Below, one piece after another: positions 10,490 through 20,145 of a stretch of DNA of 64,000 bases; positions within the stretch are counted from its first letter, which is position 1, and the number at the start of each line of letters is the position of its first letter. A program made the position numbers and the translations under genes. The DNA is from a bacterium (lineage in GTDB: Bacteria; Patescibacteriota; Minisyncoccia; UBA6257; 2-01-FULL-56-20). The notes under the pieces were generated by a model that worked only from the letters and a program-made list of their open reading frames with translations, was not told the origin of the DNA and ran no database searches. The DNA lies in NCBI GenBank assembly GCA_027310625.1, contig DAIDAM010000003.1:67278-131277 (forward strand), read 5' to 3'.

Positions 10490-11947
10490 CTATCTGATTG
10501 TGCCCCCGCCGAGCATTTCGTATTTCTCTGGTTTCTGGTCTCTGGTCTCTGGTCTCTTATAGTAGAACACAGCCGACTGACCTGCGGCGACGAACTTCTG
10601 CCCCTGCTCAAAGATGAGCAGCGCGGATTTGCGCGGATTAGACGCTGATTTGCGCGGATTTTTATCTGCGTTTATCTGCATATCGTCTGCGGGCATCAGC
10701 GTTGCAGGCGCGAGCGGTTGTCTGTACCTCACCCGCGCCAACACCTTATACCCCTTATTCGCACGAATTAGGGGTATAGTTTCCGAGTTGATGAAATTCA
10801 CATCGTGGAGTTTAATTTCTTTTCTGTACAACGCCGAATTGTCGCTCCCTTCTGCTACCACAAGCGTATTTGTTTCAACGTTTTTCTCAGCAACATAAAG
10901 CGGCTTGAAATCCGTTTTCTGCATAAGTCCGCGTTCTGTCTGTGTAAGTCCGCGATTGGTCATGCCAATATGTCTCTGCCCAATGGTGTAAAAATGCGCG
11001 CCGGAATGCCTGCCGATTTCTTCTCCGGCGGTATTCAAAACCGCGCCTTCTCTCGCGGGAAGATAACCGCCCAAAAACTCGGCGAGCGTAACTTTGCCGA
11101 GAAAGCAAATTCCCTGCGAATCTTTTTTCTCCGCCGTAGGCAAACCGGCTTTTCTCGCCATCGCCCGCACTTCTGACTTCAAATAATTGCCTATCGGGAA
11201 AAGGCAGTGTTGCAATTGCTCTTGCGTCAACGTCCAGAGAAAATATGACTGGTCTTTTTGCGCGTCACGCGCAGCGTATAGTTTATAACCATAACTCGAA
11301 TCTACGAATGTGCGCGAATTTGGCGAATTTAAAAAACTTTTATATTCGTTATATTCGCGCGAATTCGCGATATTCGAATTACGCATAAGCCGCACGTAGT
11401 GCCCGGTCGCCACGTAAATCCCTGCCTGCCGGCAGGCAGGCGCTCCCACGGACAGCGCTTTTTCCAAAAAGAGCCCGAACTTAATTTCCTTGTTGCACAT
11501 CACGTCCGGGTTGGGAGTAATGCCGCGGCGGTAACCGTCAACCATATAAGCGACGACTTTCTTTTTATATTCCTCCTCGAAATCCCAGATATAAAAAGGG
11601 ATTTCGAGTTTGCCGGCGACGCGGCGTGCGTCCTCGGCGTCTCTTTCCGCCTGACATTCATCGTCAAAATTTCCGCGCCCATCCGCGTTGAAATCCGCGT
11701 TAATCCGCGTGTTGGACGAAGTCCAACATTTCATAAAAACGCCGACGACATCGTAGCCATGGTTTTTAAGAAGCATGGCGGCGACTGAGGAATCAACCCC
11801 TCCACTCATTGCTACGAATACCTTTTTTTTACAAGCAAAGCCGCCAGCCTGCCTGCCATAGCCCTCGCCTTGCCGAAGCCGACGGCGAAGCGCAGGTTGG
11901 CGAAGGCGGGACATCCCCGCAAAAACTTTTTCTTTCCGTTTCTTCAT
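10490..11947 (-). CDS. mnmA: tRNA 2-thiouridylase MnmA with multiple in-frame repeat inserts
   Basis: SGGVDSS, TPNPDVMCN, ATGHY, KDQSYFL, SQGICF, TIGQR, AGQSAV. Confidence 0.96.
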   Translation of the reverse strand: MKKRKEKVFAGMSRLRQPALRRRLRQGEGYGRQAGGFACKKKVFVAMSGGVDSSVAAMLLKNHGYDVVGVFMKCWTSSNTRINADFNADGRGNFDDECQAERDAEDARRVAGKLEIPFYIWDFEEEYKKKVVAYMVDGYRRGITPNPDVMCNKEIKFGLFLEKALSVGAPACRQAGIYVATGHYVRLMRNSNIANSREYNEYKSFLNSPNSRTFVDSSYGYKLYAARDAQKDQSYFLWTLTQEQLQHCLFPIGNYLKSEVRAMARKAGLPTAEKKDSQGICFLGKVTLAEFLGGYLPAREGAVLNTAGEEIGRHSGAHFYTIGQRHIGMTNRGLTQTERGLMQKTDFKPLYVAEKNVETNTLVVAEGSDNSALYRKEIKLHDVNFINSETIPLIRANKGYKVLARVRYRQPLAPATLMPADDMQINADKNPRKSASNPRKSALLIFEQGQKFVAAGQSAVFYYKRPETRDQKPEKYEMLGGGTIR

Positions 11948-12199
11948 GCGCCTATTTTTACATCGTCTTCTCCAATATATCAAATAAAACAACCGCTCTC
12001 CAAAAGAAAAAGATTATATCTTAAAGCGGCATCCGCAACATCACACTCAATGAATAAATCCAAACTTTGCAAAGAAAACCGTCTCGCAGGCCGAGCGGGC
12101 ATGGTTGCCCGCAGGGCAGAGCGAGGCCGAGAGCAAGCGCAAATTCCTCGCTGGGGAATTTGACAGCGTGTTTTCGTGCAAAGTTTGGATTGCAAATTT

Positions 12200-13471
12200 C
12201 TACTGTATCCCCTCGTACTCCCTCGCCAAAAGCTGCGAATCAATCTGCCGCATCATGTCCAAAACCACCGCAACGACTATCAGAAGCGCCGTGCCGCTGA
12301 CGTTAAGAACCGATATTTTCGTGAATACCTGAATAACGAGCGGCAAAACGGCTATCAAGCCCAATGCGGTCGCGCCGAGGAAAGTTACTCTGCCCGTCAG
12401 TTTTGAAAAATATTCCGCCGTGTTTTCTCCGGGCCTTATACCGGGTATAAAACCGCCGCTCCGCTGAAGATTCTTTGAGACCTCCTCGGGATTGAAAGTA
12501 ATTGCCGTATAAAAGTAAGTAAAAATAAACACAAGCACGAAGTAAAATATTCCATAGAAAAGTTTGTTGTTCAAAAATCCGGTGACAATGTTATTCAGTT
12601 TGACCGCCAAGTCAACGGAAAAAATAGAAGTCATTTGTGCAATAAATTGCGGGAAGAGAAGAACGGAAATGGCGAAAATGAGCGGTATCATTCCTGCCTG
12701 GTTAACTTTCATCGGAAGGTAGCTCTGAACGCCTCCGTACATTTTCATCCCCCTGACGCGGCGCGCGTAGGCTATCGGAACTTTTCTTTGCCCTTCGTTA
12801 AGATAAACGACGCCGGCGACGAGAAAAAGCGTAACCAAAATGAAACCTACGTAGGTCGGGAGCGCCGAAGCGGTGTAAGAGGCAATCGCCTGCTGCGCGT
12901 CAAGCGGCAGGCGGCTGACTATTCCCGCCAAAATTATCATTGATATCCCGTTCCCTATTTTTTGCTCGCTTATGAGTTCACCGAGCCAAAGAGCAATCAT
13001 GGAACCAGCGGTTATGGCGATGACGTTCGTGATCATTCCGAAAGCGCCCGGTCTGGGAACGACGTTTTGCGAAATCAAGAGTGTAAGAAAACCGTAACCC
13101 TGCAAAAACGCGAGCGGAACGGTGAGTAAGCGCGAGTATCTGTTGAATTTCGCCTGTCCCGCGGCGCCTTCCTCGTAATACATTTCCTTCAAACGCGGGA
13201 AAATTATCGTCAACAGCTGCATGATAATCGTTGCGGTGATGTACGGACCGACGCCGAGCATCGCCACCGACAAGGTGGACAAACCGCCGCCGGAAAAAAT
13301 GTTAAGGAAACCGAGCAGCTGGTTGGAAGAAAAAAATTGCTCGAGGCGCTGCGCGTCTATGCCCGGAATCGGGATTGTCGCCAGCGCCCGGTAAGCGACC
13401 AAAATACCGAGAACGATTAAAATTTTCTTCCGCAGGTCCCTTACTCTGAAAATTTGTAAGAAACGGTTCAT
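12200..13471 (-). CDS. secY: preprotein translocase SecY
   Basis: LGVGPYITA, GNGIS, GFIPGIRPG; multi-TM. Confidence 0.99.
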   Translation of the reverse strand: MNRFLQIFRVRDLRKKILIVLGILVAYRALATIPIPGIDAQRLEQFFSSNQLLGFLNIFSGGGLSTLSVAMLGVGPYITATIIMQLLTIIFPRLKEMYYEEGAAGQAKFNRYSRLLTVPLAFLQGYGFLTLLISQNVVPRPGAFGMITNVIAITAGSMIALWLGELISEQKIGNGISMIILAGIVSRLPLDAQQAIASYTASALPTYVGFILVTLFLVAGVVYLNEGQRKVPIAYARRVRGMKMYGGVQSYLPMKVNQAGMIPLIFAISVLLFPQFIAQMTSIFSVDLAVKLNNIVTGFLNNKLFYGIFYFVLVFIFTYFYTAITFNPEEVSKNLQRSGGFIPGIRPGENTAEYFSKLTGRVTFLGATALGLIAVLPLVIQVFTKISVLNVSGTALLIVVAVVLDMMRQIDSQLLAREYEGIQ

Positions 13472-13534
13472 GCGTGTTTCGCCCGCGAGGGCAAGGTGGT
13501 TATACCGCAGACCGAGCGGTAATCAAAATTGAGC

Positions 13535-13648
13535 ACCCCGCACATTCGCTGCACATCGTCTGATTTGAAATGCATGGCGTAGCGAAGCGGTTCGCCTGCG
13601 GCTTTGGTTTGATTTGTATTCATGAAGTTTGACATAAATGTGCGGGGT
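13535..13648. repeat. hairpin element, CCCCGCAC/GTGCGGGG family
   Basis: accccgcacatt ... aatgtgcggggt; same core bounds the tRNA-Glu insertion. Confidence 0.75.
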
Positions 13649-13670
13649 CCAAGATATTTGCAACGAAAAA

Positions 13671-14147
13671 TCATTCGTCTTGCGACTTTGATTTTTCGGC
13701 AAAATCTAGGACTCTCCCGCCGGCTTTCTCTATTTTTCCTCTCGCCGACCCGGAAACTTTTATTCCTTTTATTGAAACGGGTATGTCTATTTTAACGCTG
13801 TCGCCGAGTATTTTTACATCGCCGCGGTAGTCAGCGGGCAAAATACCCACTTCCTTCAGGAAAACTTTATCAACTTCCACGGCTTTCTTTTCTTTTGAAA
13901 AAACTTTGAGTTTTTCCGCAAGTTCCGAAATGCCGACTATGAAAGGTTTTTCCGAAACGGGTCTGTTTTTGTAGCCGCGCCTTTTGGGAAGACGGAGAAT
14001 CAAATCCCTCACCGCCGGCCTGATTCTGCGCCCGGCTCTTGATTTCTGACCCTTAGTACCGCGACCCGAAGTCGTGCCGCGCTTTCCCCCGCGTCCTATC
14101 CTTCTTTTTAATTTTTCGCCCCTGCGGGCTATGTGGTGAAGCTGCAT
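13671..14147 (-). CDS. rplO: 50S ribosomal protein L15
   Basis: RIGRG..GTTSGRGTKGQKSR, RLPKR. Confidence 0.97.
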   Translation of the reverse strand: MQLHHIARRGEKLKRRIGRGGKRGTTSGRGTKGQKSRAGRRIRPAVRDLILRLPKRRGYKNRPVSEKPFIVGISELAEKLKVFSKEKKAVEVDKVFLKEVGILPADYRGDVKILGDSVKIDIPVSIKGIKVSGSARGKIEKAGGRVLDFAEKSKSQDE

Positions 14148-14160
14148 ATATTTCTGGTTA

Positions 14161-14640
14161 CTAGTTGCTGGTTTCTGGTTTCTCCGATTTCAACTTTTTC
14201 AGCGCCTCCATTGCAGCAAGGGCGTTGGTAAGTTTGTTCGGTGTCCGGCCGAGACATTTCGCGGTCGCGTCTTTTATTCCAGCCAAAGCAAGCACGGAAC
14301 GCACCGCGCCGCCGGCTTTCAGCCCATGTCCCGCCGCAGCCGGTTTTATTAAAACCCTCGCCGCGCTGTATTTCGCGTAAACTTCGTGGCGAATCGTTCT
14401 GTTATCCTTCAAGTTAAGAGGGAGAATTTTTTTCTTGGCGGCGGACTTTGCTTTGTCCACGGCGTTTTGAACGTCAAGACCCTTCGCAACGCCGACGCCG
14501 ACTCTTCCTTTTTCGTCTCCGACGACAACAGTCGCTCTGAAGCGGAAACGTTTTCCGCCCGCAACGACGCGCGTAACGCGGCGGAGGTCAAGAACTTTCT
14601 CCTTAAATTCCTCTTTTTTGATGTATCTTTTTTCTCTCAT
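14161..14640 (-). CDS. rpsE: 30S ribosomal protein S5
   Basis: RVTRVVAGGKRFRF. Confidence 0.98.
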   Translation of the reverse strand: MREKRYIKKEEFKEKVLDLRRVTRVVAGGKRFRFRATVVVGDEKGRVGVGVAKGLDVQNAVDKAKSAAKKKILPLNLKDNRTIRHEVYAKYSAARVLIKPAAAGHGLKAGGAVRSVLALAGIKDATAKCLGRTPNKLTNALAAMEALKKLKSEKPETSN

Positions 14641-14752
14641 GTTTTTGTACTCATCAGTATAAATCAGTTTTAATCCGCATTAATCAGCGTTATGGAACTT
14701 TGAAACGCCGATATATGCTGATTTTGGCTGATCAATGCTGATTTATATCGGT

Positions 14753-15112
14753 TCATATTTTTAATCCTTCTTTCCTTGATCCTTCAGCGACCGCTTTCAC
14801 TCTTCCGTGATATTTGTACGCGCCGCGGTCAAAAACGGCTTTTTTTATTCCCGACGCCAAGGCCTTTTTCGCAAGTTCAACGCCGATTGCTTCCGAACAT
14901 CCGACTTTTCCCCCGCTCACGGATTTTTTGGAGCCGAGACTTGAAACGCTCACCAAAGTCCTGCCTTTCTCGTCGTCAATAAGCTGGGCGTAAATGTTCC
15001 TGTTGCTTCTGAACACCGAAAGTCGCGGTTTTTCGGCGGTCCCGAAAATTTTCGCCCGCGCGCGCACACCGCGCCTGCTTCTTATTTCATTTAGCTTTTT
15101 TCTCTTTTGCAT
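14753..15112 (-). CDS. rplR: 50S ribosomal protein L18
   Basis: PRLSVFRSN, FDRGAYKYHGRV. Confidence 0.98.
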   Translation of the reverse strand: MQKRKKLNEIRSRRGVRARAKIFGTAEKPRLSVFRSNRNIYAQLIDDEKGRTLVSVSSLGSKKSVSGGKVGCSEAIGVELAKKALASGIKKAVFDRGAYKYHGRVKAVAEGSRKEGLKI

Positions 15113-15125
15113 TTTTGTTCCGCGT

Positions 15126-15674
15126 TTAAGCGGCAGCGGTGGCGGCGACTTTCTTGCCCGCCTTCCTTCTTATCACCTCGCCTTGATACTTTATTCCTTT
15201 GCCTTTGTACGGCTCCGGTTTCTTGAGATGTCTTATTTTTGCAGCTGTTTCGCCAACGAGATGTTTATTCACGCCGGAAATGGTTACAATGTTTTTTTCC
15301 ACGGCGATAGATATCCCTTCCGGAATCTCAAACTTGACGGGCTTAACATAGCCGAGCGAAAGCATCAAATTTTTCCCTTCAATATTCGCGCGGTAGCCGA
15401 TTCCTTCTATTTCAAGCTTTTTGGAAAATCCCGACGAAACTCCTTCGGCGGCATTTTTCACTAAAGACCACATCGTTCCCGAATTCGCCTTTGCCTGCCT
15501 GATATTCTTGGAAAACGAAATTTTCGCGGAATTGCCCTCAACTTCCACGTTAACGAAAGGAAGAATCTTCACTTTGATTTCCCCCTTTGGTCCTTTGAAA
15601 GCCAAAATTCCGCCTTCTTCGCCTACGGCAACGCCTGCTGGAAACTTTACCGGTTTTTTTGCTAAACGGGACAT
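15126..15674 (-). CDS. rplF: 50S ribosomal protein L6
   Basis: KGPKG, PEPYKGKGI. Confidence 0.98.
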   Translation of the reverse strand: MSRLAKKPVKFPAGVAVGEEGGILAFKGPKGEIKVKILPFVNVEVEGNSAKISFSKNIRQAKANSGTMWSLVKNAAEGVSSGFSKKLEIEGIGYRANIEGKNLMLSLGYVKPVKFEIPEGISIAVEKNIVTISGVNKHLVGETAAKIRHLKKPEPYKGKGIKYQGEVIRRKAGKKVAATAAA

Positions 15675-15703
15675 AAATTTGATACTAATCTACAAATCTA
15701 TAC

Positions 15704-15830
15704 GAATACTACTAATGTCGCTAGGGCTCGATAATACAAATATGCGAATGAATTTCATTAGTACATTTGTATTCCTGCGCCAGAGCGCGATTCGTATCAT
15801 TAGCACGCATTAGTATATTAGCATTACGCT
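15704..15830. repeat. degenerate repeat hairpin in rpsH-rplF spacer
   Basis: actaat/tacgaat units facing attagt/attcgt units. Confidence 0.6.
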
Positions 15831-15833
15831 GAT

Positions 15834-16214
15834 TTACCATATTTCAAACAGATACTCTCCGCCGACTCTTTTCTTGCGGGCATCGCCGTCGCTCAAAATG
15901 CCTTCTGTCGTTGAAATCACGCCGGTTCCGTATCCCTGTCTGACGCGTCTCACTTTGTCTTTTCTCAGATATACATGCCTGCTTGGTCTGCTGATTATCT
16001 TAAAACCGCTGATTGACGGAGAACTGTTTTTGTAACTCAGTTTTATCTCAATGAATTTTTTATTTCCGCTGGTTTTTTTCTGAACGTCCTTCAAATAGCC
16101 GCGTTCCGCAAGCAGCTTCGCGACATTGTAATCAAAATTGGAAAAAGGAACGACAAGCGTGTCCTTTTTGGCAAGGGCCGCATTTCTTATTTTTGCTAAG
16201 AGATTGTAGTACAT
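15834..16214 (-). CDS. rpsH: 30S ribosomal protein S8
   Basis: ISRPS, ISTTEG, VGGE. Confidence 0.97.
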   Translation of the reverse strand: MYYNLLAKIRNAALAKKDTLVVPFSNFDYNVAKLLAERGYLKDVQKKTSGNKKFIEIKLSYKNSSPSISGFKIISRPSRHVYLRKDKVRRVRQGYGTGVISTTEGILSDGDARKKRVGGEYLFEIW

Positions 16215-16279
16215 GCCAATTTTATTTGAGAAAACAAGTTTATTTTATAAGCGCAGTTTGAGCAAGCATAAAATTGAGC

Positions 16280-16429
16280 ACCGAGCACATAAAACCAACG
16301 TCCGCCCACCATAGCTGGTGCTTTCTGTTGTCGCAACTTTCCGTTTTTTTTACTTCCATCATTTTCGTTTTATGTGCTCGGTAAGGTTTGTCATCCAATC
16401 CGCCGGAGCACATAATGCGTTATGTGCTC
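16280..16429. repeat. hairpin elements, ACCGAGCACATAAA family
   Basis: 16-bp IR 16280-16382 plus a short copy at 16406-16429. Confidence 0.8.
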
Positions 16430-16447
16430 GGCTCTTGGGACAAGCCC

Positions 16448-16633
16448 TTACCACGATGCTTTCTTCACGCCCGGTATCTCGCCGCGGCTGGCCATCTCTC
16501 TGAAGCAAATTCTGCAAAGACCGAAAGCTCTGAGATATCCTCTTTTCCGCCCGCACCTAAAACAGCGCCGAACCGCCCTCGTAGAAAATTTAGGGGTTTT
16601 CTTGCTGCGTGCTATTACTGAAGTTTTTGCCAT
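16448..16633 (-). CDS. rpsN: 30S ribosomal protein S14 (zinc-binding type)
   Basis: RC..CGR...CRICFR...PGVKKASW. Confidence 0.98.
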   Translation of the reverse strand: MAKTSVIARSKKTPKFSTRAVRRCFRCGRKRGYLRAFGLCRICFREMASRGEIPGVKKASW

Positions 16634-16642
16634 GGAATTTGT

Positions 16643-16724
16643 AAATTCTAAATCTCAAATTAGAAATTCGAAACAATTGTAATCTGTTATTTGTTTAAGA
16701 TTTCGGATTTCGTGCTTCGGATTT
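16643..16724. repeat. heptamer hairpin element, AAATTCT/AAATTCG family
   Basis: aaattct aaatctc aaattag aaattcg aaac ... gatttcggatttcgtgcttcggattt; overlaps rplE 3' end. Confidence 0.8.
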
Positions 16725-17243
16725 ACCTTTTAACGGAACGCCGAGTCGGCGATATTCCTTAATTGCTTTCTCTTTATTTTTTCTTTTAGGAACGATATTT
16801 ATGCCGAGCGGAAAAACCACCGGCGATTCCTCCGGATTTATTTCCGGAAACACCATTTGCTCCTGAAATCCTATGTTGAGCGTACCAACGTCATCTATAA
16901 GATTGGGGTCAATGCCTCTGAAATCGCGGACTCTGGGCAACACTATTGTAATCAAGCGTTCAAAAAAATCAACCATTTTTCTGCGGCGCAAAGTGACCTT
17001 CATGCCGACAATCTGGCCTTCTCTTATCTTGAACCCGGAAATGGACTTTTTCGCCTTTCTCGTCTGGGGCATCTGCCCGGCTATCAAAGAGATGTCTCTC
17101 GCTATTTGCTTGAGCGCTTTCTCTTCAAAATTCGGCTGCTGACTCAGGCGTCCGATACCGGCGTTGACGACTATTTTCTCCAAGAATTTGGATATTTCTT
17201 CCTGGCGGGCTGTTTTCGATTTTTTTATCGCTGCTTTGGTCAT
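16695..17243 (-). CDS. rplE: 50S ribosomal protein L5
   Basis: KIVVNAG, FKIREG, LPRVRDFRG. Confidence 0.97.
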   Translation of the reverse strand: MTKAAIKKSKTARQEEISKFLEKIVVNAGIGRLSQQPNFEEKALKQIARDISLIAGQMPQTRKAKKSISGFKIREGQIVGMKVTLRRRKMVDFFERLITIVLPRVRDFRGIDPNLIDDVGTLNIGFQEQMVFPEINPEESPVVFPLGINIVPKRKNKEKAIKEYRRLGVPLKGKSEARNPKS

Positions 17244-17312
17244 GTTTTTGTGACGCGTGTCATGTGTCAAGTGTCAGGATTTTCCCTTCTTGATGCCTGA
17301 TACTTGATACAT

Positions 17313-17630
17313 TTATATTCTTGCGCTGCACTTTTTGCAGTACCTTATTTTTTCTTTTACGCCGCCGGCGCTTTCAATGCGGAAGCCGACACGAACCGCC
17401 CTTTTGCAATTCGGACAAACGAGCATCGCCTTTGAGGCCGAGAACGGCCTCGGAACAAGAACCGTTTCCCCTTTCTGACCCTGCTGTTTGGGGCGAACGC
17501 GCTTCTTGTAAAGGTTAATTCCTTCAACGGCGATCATTGAGTCCCCGCTTAAAACGCGTAGAACCTTGCCGCTTTTGCCGCGGTCCTTGCCGCTCATTAT
17601 TTTCACTTGGTCTCCTTTCTTGATTTTCAT
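17313..17630 (-). CDS. rplX: 50S ribosomal protein L24
   Basis: IKKGD.V....GKDRGK.GKV KOW motif. Confidence 0.98.
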   Translation of the reverse strand: MKIKKGDQVKIMSGKDRGKSGKVLRVLSGDSMIAVEGINLYKKRVRPKQQGQKGETVLVPRPFSASKAMLVCPNCKRAVRVGFRIESAGGVKEKIRYCKKCSARI

Positions 17631-17639
17631 CTTTTTATT

Positions 17640-17737
17640 ATCGCACGAATTTACGAATCTTTACGAACATACGAATTTACAGTAAGTAAAATTTAATCTA
17701 TTCGTAAGTTCGTAATTTATTCGCTTATTCGTGCGAT
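17640..17737. mobile_element. empty TACGAAT-family hairpin element (MITE-like)
   Basis: TIR atcgcacgaat/attcgtgcgat; arms nearly identical to the ends of 28535-29005. Confidence 0.8.
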
Positions 17738-17739
17738 GC

Positions 17740-18108
17740 TCAGACGATTTCTTCCGCCATGGTCATTATTTTTTCAAAACCCATATTTTTAAGTTCACGG
17801 GGCATCGGACCGAAAATTCTCGTCGCTATCGGCTCTTTCTTGGCGTCAACAATCACGGCGGCATTCTCGTCAAAACGCAGGTAGGAACCGTCGGTCCTTC
17901 TGTACGGCTTCCTGCTTCTAACCAAAACTGCTTTCACTATATCCTTCTTTTTAACGCCTTTTCTCGGCTCGGCTTCCTGAACCGAAGCGATAAAAACGTC
18001 GCCGAGATTCGCGTATCTCCGCCTCGTTCCGCCTAAAATCCTGAAACACCTTATCCTTTTTGCGCCGCTATTGTCGGCGACTTTCAGTATTGAACGTTCT
18101 TGAATCAT
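17740..18108 (-). CDS. rplN: 50S ribosomal protein L14
   Basis: VADNSGA, FDENAAV, TRIFGP. Confidence 0.99.
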   Translation of the reverse strand: MIQERSILKVADNSGAKRIRCFRILGGTRRRYANLGDVFIASVQEAEPRKGVKKKDIVKAVLVRSRKPYRRTDGSYLRFDENAAVIVDAKKEPIATRIFGPMPRELKNMGFEKIMTMAEEIV

Positions 18109-18142
18109 GGTTTCTTTAATTCAACACTTCGTTTTTTATCAC

Positions 18143-18223
18143 AAGTACCAATAAGTTTCTACCAGTATCAATTAGTTTCGGAAGGATATTTGTAGAAACT
18201 TGCTTCGCGAAACTAATTGATAC
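18143..18223. repeat. decamer hairpin element, AGTATCAATTAGTTTC family
   Basis: agtatcaattagtttcg ... cgaaactaattgatact; related copies at ~24940, 43970, 63866 and around gene 41972. Confidence 0.75.
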
Positions 18224-18454
18224 TTATTGTCTCGCAATGATTACCCATCTTTTATCTTTCGACAATGGTCTTGTCTCTTCAATAATTACCCTGTCACCCG
18301 TTCGATATTCGTTCTTCTCATCGTGCGCCTTGAATTTTGAAGTTGACTTGAAATATTTCAGGTATTTTCTGTGTTTCTTAAGACGCGTAACGGCTACGAC
18401 GCGCGTTTTTTGCATCTTGTCCGAAACGACCATACCCTTTAATCTCCTTTTCAT
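18224..18454 (-). CDS. rpsQ: 30S ribosomal protein S17
   Basis: [21 protein letters not shown]. Confidence 0.98.
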   Translation of the reverse strand: MKRRLKGMVVSDKMQKTRVVAVTRLKKHRKYLKYFKSTSKFKAHDEKNEYRTGDRVIIEETRPLSKDKRWVIIARQ

Positions 18455-18465
18455 TTTTTTATTGG

Positions 18466-18663
18466 TTACTTTTGTTTCTCGTTTATAAAAGTCAAAGCTC
18501 TCGCTATGTCCTTTTTGAGCGCTTTGATATCTTTCACGTTTTTCACCTTGCCTGCAGCCAAATCAAATTTCATCGCTCTCAATTTTTCGTCCGCATCGCT
18601 TACAAATTTTTTCAGCTCCGCGACCGGCTTCGTTTTAAGTTCGATTATTTCTTTTCTTTTCAT
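18466..18663 (-). CDS. rpmC: 50S ribosomal protein L29
   Basis: KKDIARALT; position between rplP and rpsQ. Confidence 0.93.
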   Translation of the reverse strand: MKRKEIIELKTKPVAELKKFVSDADEKLRAMKFDLAAGKVKNVKDIKALKKDIARALTFINEKQK

Positions 18664-18765
18664 TGTTTTGTGTTTTATCCGCATTAATCAGTTTAAATCA
18701 GCATCTGTCAGCGTTCAGGGCTCTACAAAAGCAATCGCCGCTGATTTATGCCGATTTTTGCGGAT

Positions 18766-19185
18766 TTATGCCGATGTTTTCATAACAATTGTGCTCTTGA
18801 AAGGAAGTTTGTGCGAAGCCCTGCGCAACGCTTCCTTTGCGTCTTCGCGGCTGATGCCGTCAACCTCAAAAATTATTCTTCCCGCTCTTACGGGAAAAAC
18901 ATAATGGTCAACGCTGCCCTTTCCGCCGCCCATTGTCGTTTCCGGAGGCCGCTGCGTTATCGGCTTGTCGGGGAAAACCCGTATCCAAAGACGGCCCTGA
19001 CGCTTGAGGAAGTGCGTTATTGCGCGGCGCGCGGCTTCTATCTGCCTCGAAGTGAGGCGCGCCGGCTCCGTCGCCTTAAGCCCATATTCTCCGTAGTTCA
19101 GCTCGAGGCCTCTCGTTTCCTTAAGTCGCCCTTTGGAGCGGCCCTTTTGCCATTTGCGATGTTTGACTTTTTTCGGTATCAACAT
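18766..19185 (-). CDS. rplP: 50S ribosomal protein L16
   Basis: [20 protein letters not shown]. Confidence 0.98.
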   Translation of the reverse strand: MLIPKKVKHRKWQKGRSKGRLKETRGLELNYGEYGLKATEPARLTSRQIEAARRAITHFLKRQGRLWIRVFPDKPITQRPPETTMGGGKGSVDHYVFPVRAGRIIFEVDGISREDAKEALRRASHKLPFKSTIVMKTSA

Positions 19186-19194
19186 TTTTGATGT

Positions 19195-19292
19195 ATCGCG
19201 CGAATTTACGAATTTTTACGAACATACGAATTTACGGTGAGCATAATAGAAGTTATTCGTAAGTTCGTAATTCATTCGCTTATTCGTGCGAT
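19195..19292. mobile_element. empty TACGAAT-family hairpin element
   Basis: atcgcgcgaat...attcgtgcgat; supplies the rpsC stop codon. Confidence 0.8.
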
Positions 19293-19963
19293 TTTATTCT
19301 TTTAAACACTTCCCCTTTGTATATCCAGACCTTGATTCCTATCGTCCCGTAAGTCGTAAAAGCAGTGGCTTGGCCGTAATCAATGTCGGCGCGGAGATTT
19401 TGAAGAGGCAGGGCTCCTCTTTTGAGGGACTCTTCTCTTGCTATTTCGGCTCCGTTTAATCTTCCTGACAAAGTTATTTTGACGCCCTTCACTTCTTTAT
19501 TTTGCGCAACCTGCTCCAGATATTTTTTCATTGCTCTTCTGAAAGGAAAACGCTTTTCCAGATCCCAGGCGATTTGCTGGGCAACATAAGGGGCGGCAAT
19601 TTCGGATTTTTTCAACTCCTCCACATTAACACTCAGGCTAACACGGTTTTTAACTTTTCTTTCTTTTCTAATCGTTTCCTCAAGTTCCTTTGTAAAGTCC
19701 TCTATCCCTTTTCCGCCGCGCCCGATTATAAGGCCCGGCCTTGCGGCTTTTATCACGACTTTGAGATTGTTCGTTGTACGCTCTATTTCAATTGACGCAA
19801 TCCCCGCCAACCCGAATTTTTTTCTGATGAGTTTTCTTATAATCTCATCTTCGGCAAGATACTTCGCATACGAACGCCCCCCTTTGCCGTGCAAAAACCA
19901 GCGGACCGGCCAGTCCTTTATTATGCCTATGCGAAGCGATTGTGGATTTATTTTCTGTCCCAT
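19280..19963 (-). CDS. rpsC: 30S ribosomal protein S3
   Basis: MGQKINP, RPGLIIGRGG, GRLNGAEIAR. Confidence 0.98.
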   Translation of the reverse strand: MGQKINPQSLRIGIIKDWPVRWFLHGKGGRSYAKYLAEDEIIRKLIRKKFGLAGIASIEIERTTNNLKVVIKAARPGLIIGRGGKGIEDFTKELEETIRKERKVKNRVSLSVNVEELKKSEIAAPYVAQQIAWDLEKRFPFRRAMKKYLEQVAQNKEVKGVKITLSGRLNGAEIAREESLKRGALPLQNLRADIDYGQATAFTTYGTIGIKVWIYKGEVFKRIKSHE

Positions 19964-20110
19964 GCTAGTTTTTCTTAATGAACGAAGTGAATTTAGAAAC
20001 AACTTGCACCGAGCACATAAAATTATCAACTGAATGATAAAGCGGTTTTACCGCTCGGCTGCAATTCTTTGTTTTTGCTGATTTCATGTTTGTTATTTTA
20101 TGTGCTCGGT
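19961..20110. repeat. ~150-bp element upstream of rpsC, duplicated upstream of rplB (21965-22115)
   Basis: Both read catgctagtttttcttaatga...accgagcacataaaat...attttatgtgctcggt. Confidence 0.9.
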
Positions 20111-20145
20111 TAAGAAATTGTAATTCGCCTTGCTCATAACAATTT

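Noticed and set aside
14147-14161. Missing rpmD (L30) between rpsE and rplO
   Set aside because: An established trait of CPR bacteria; useful for taxonomy but not novel.
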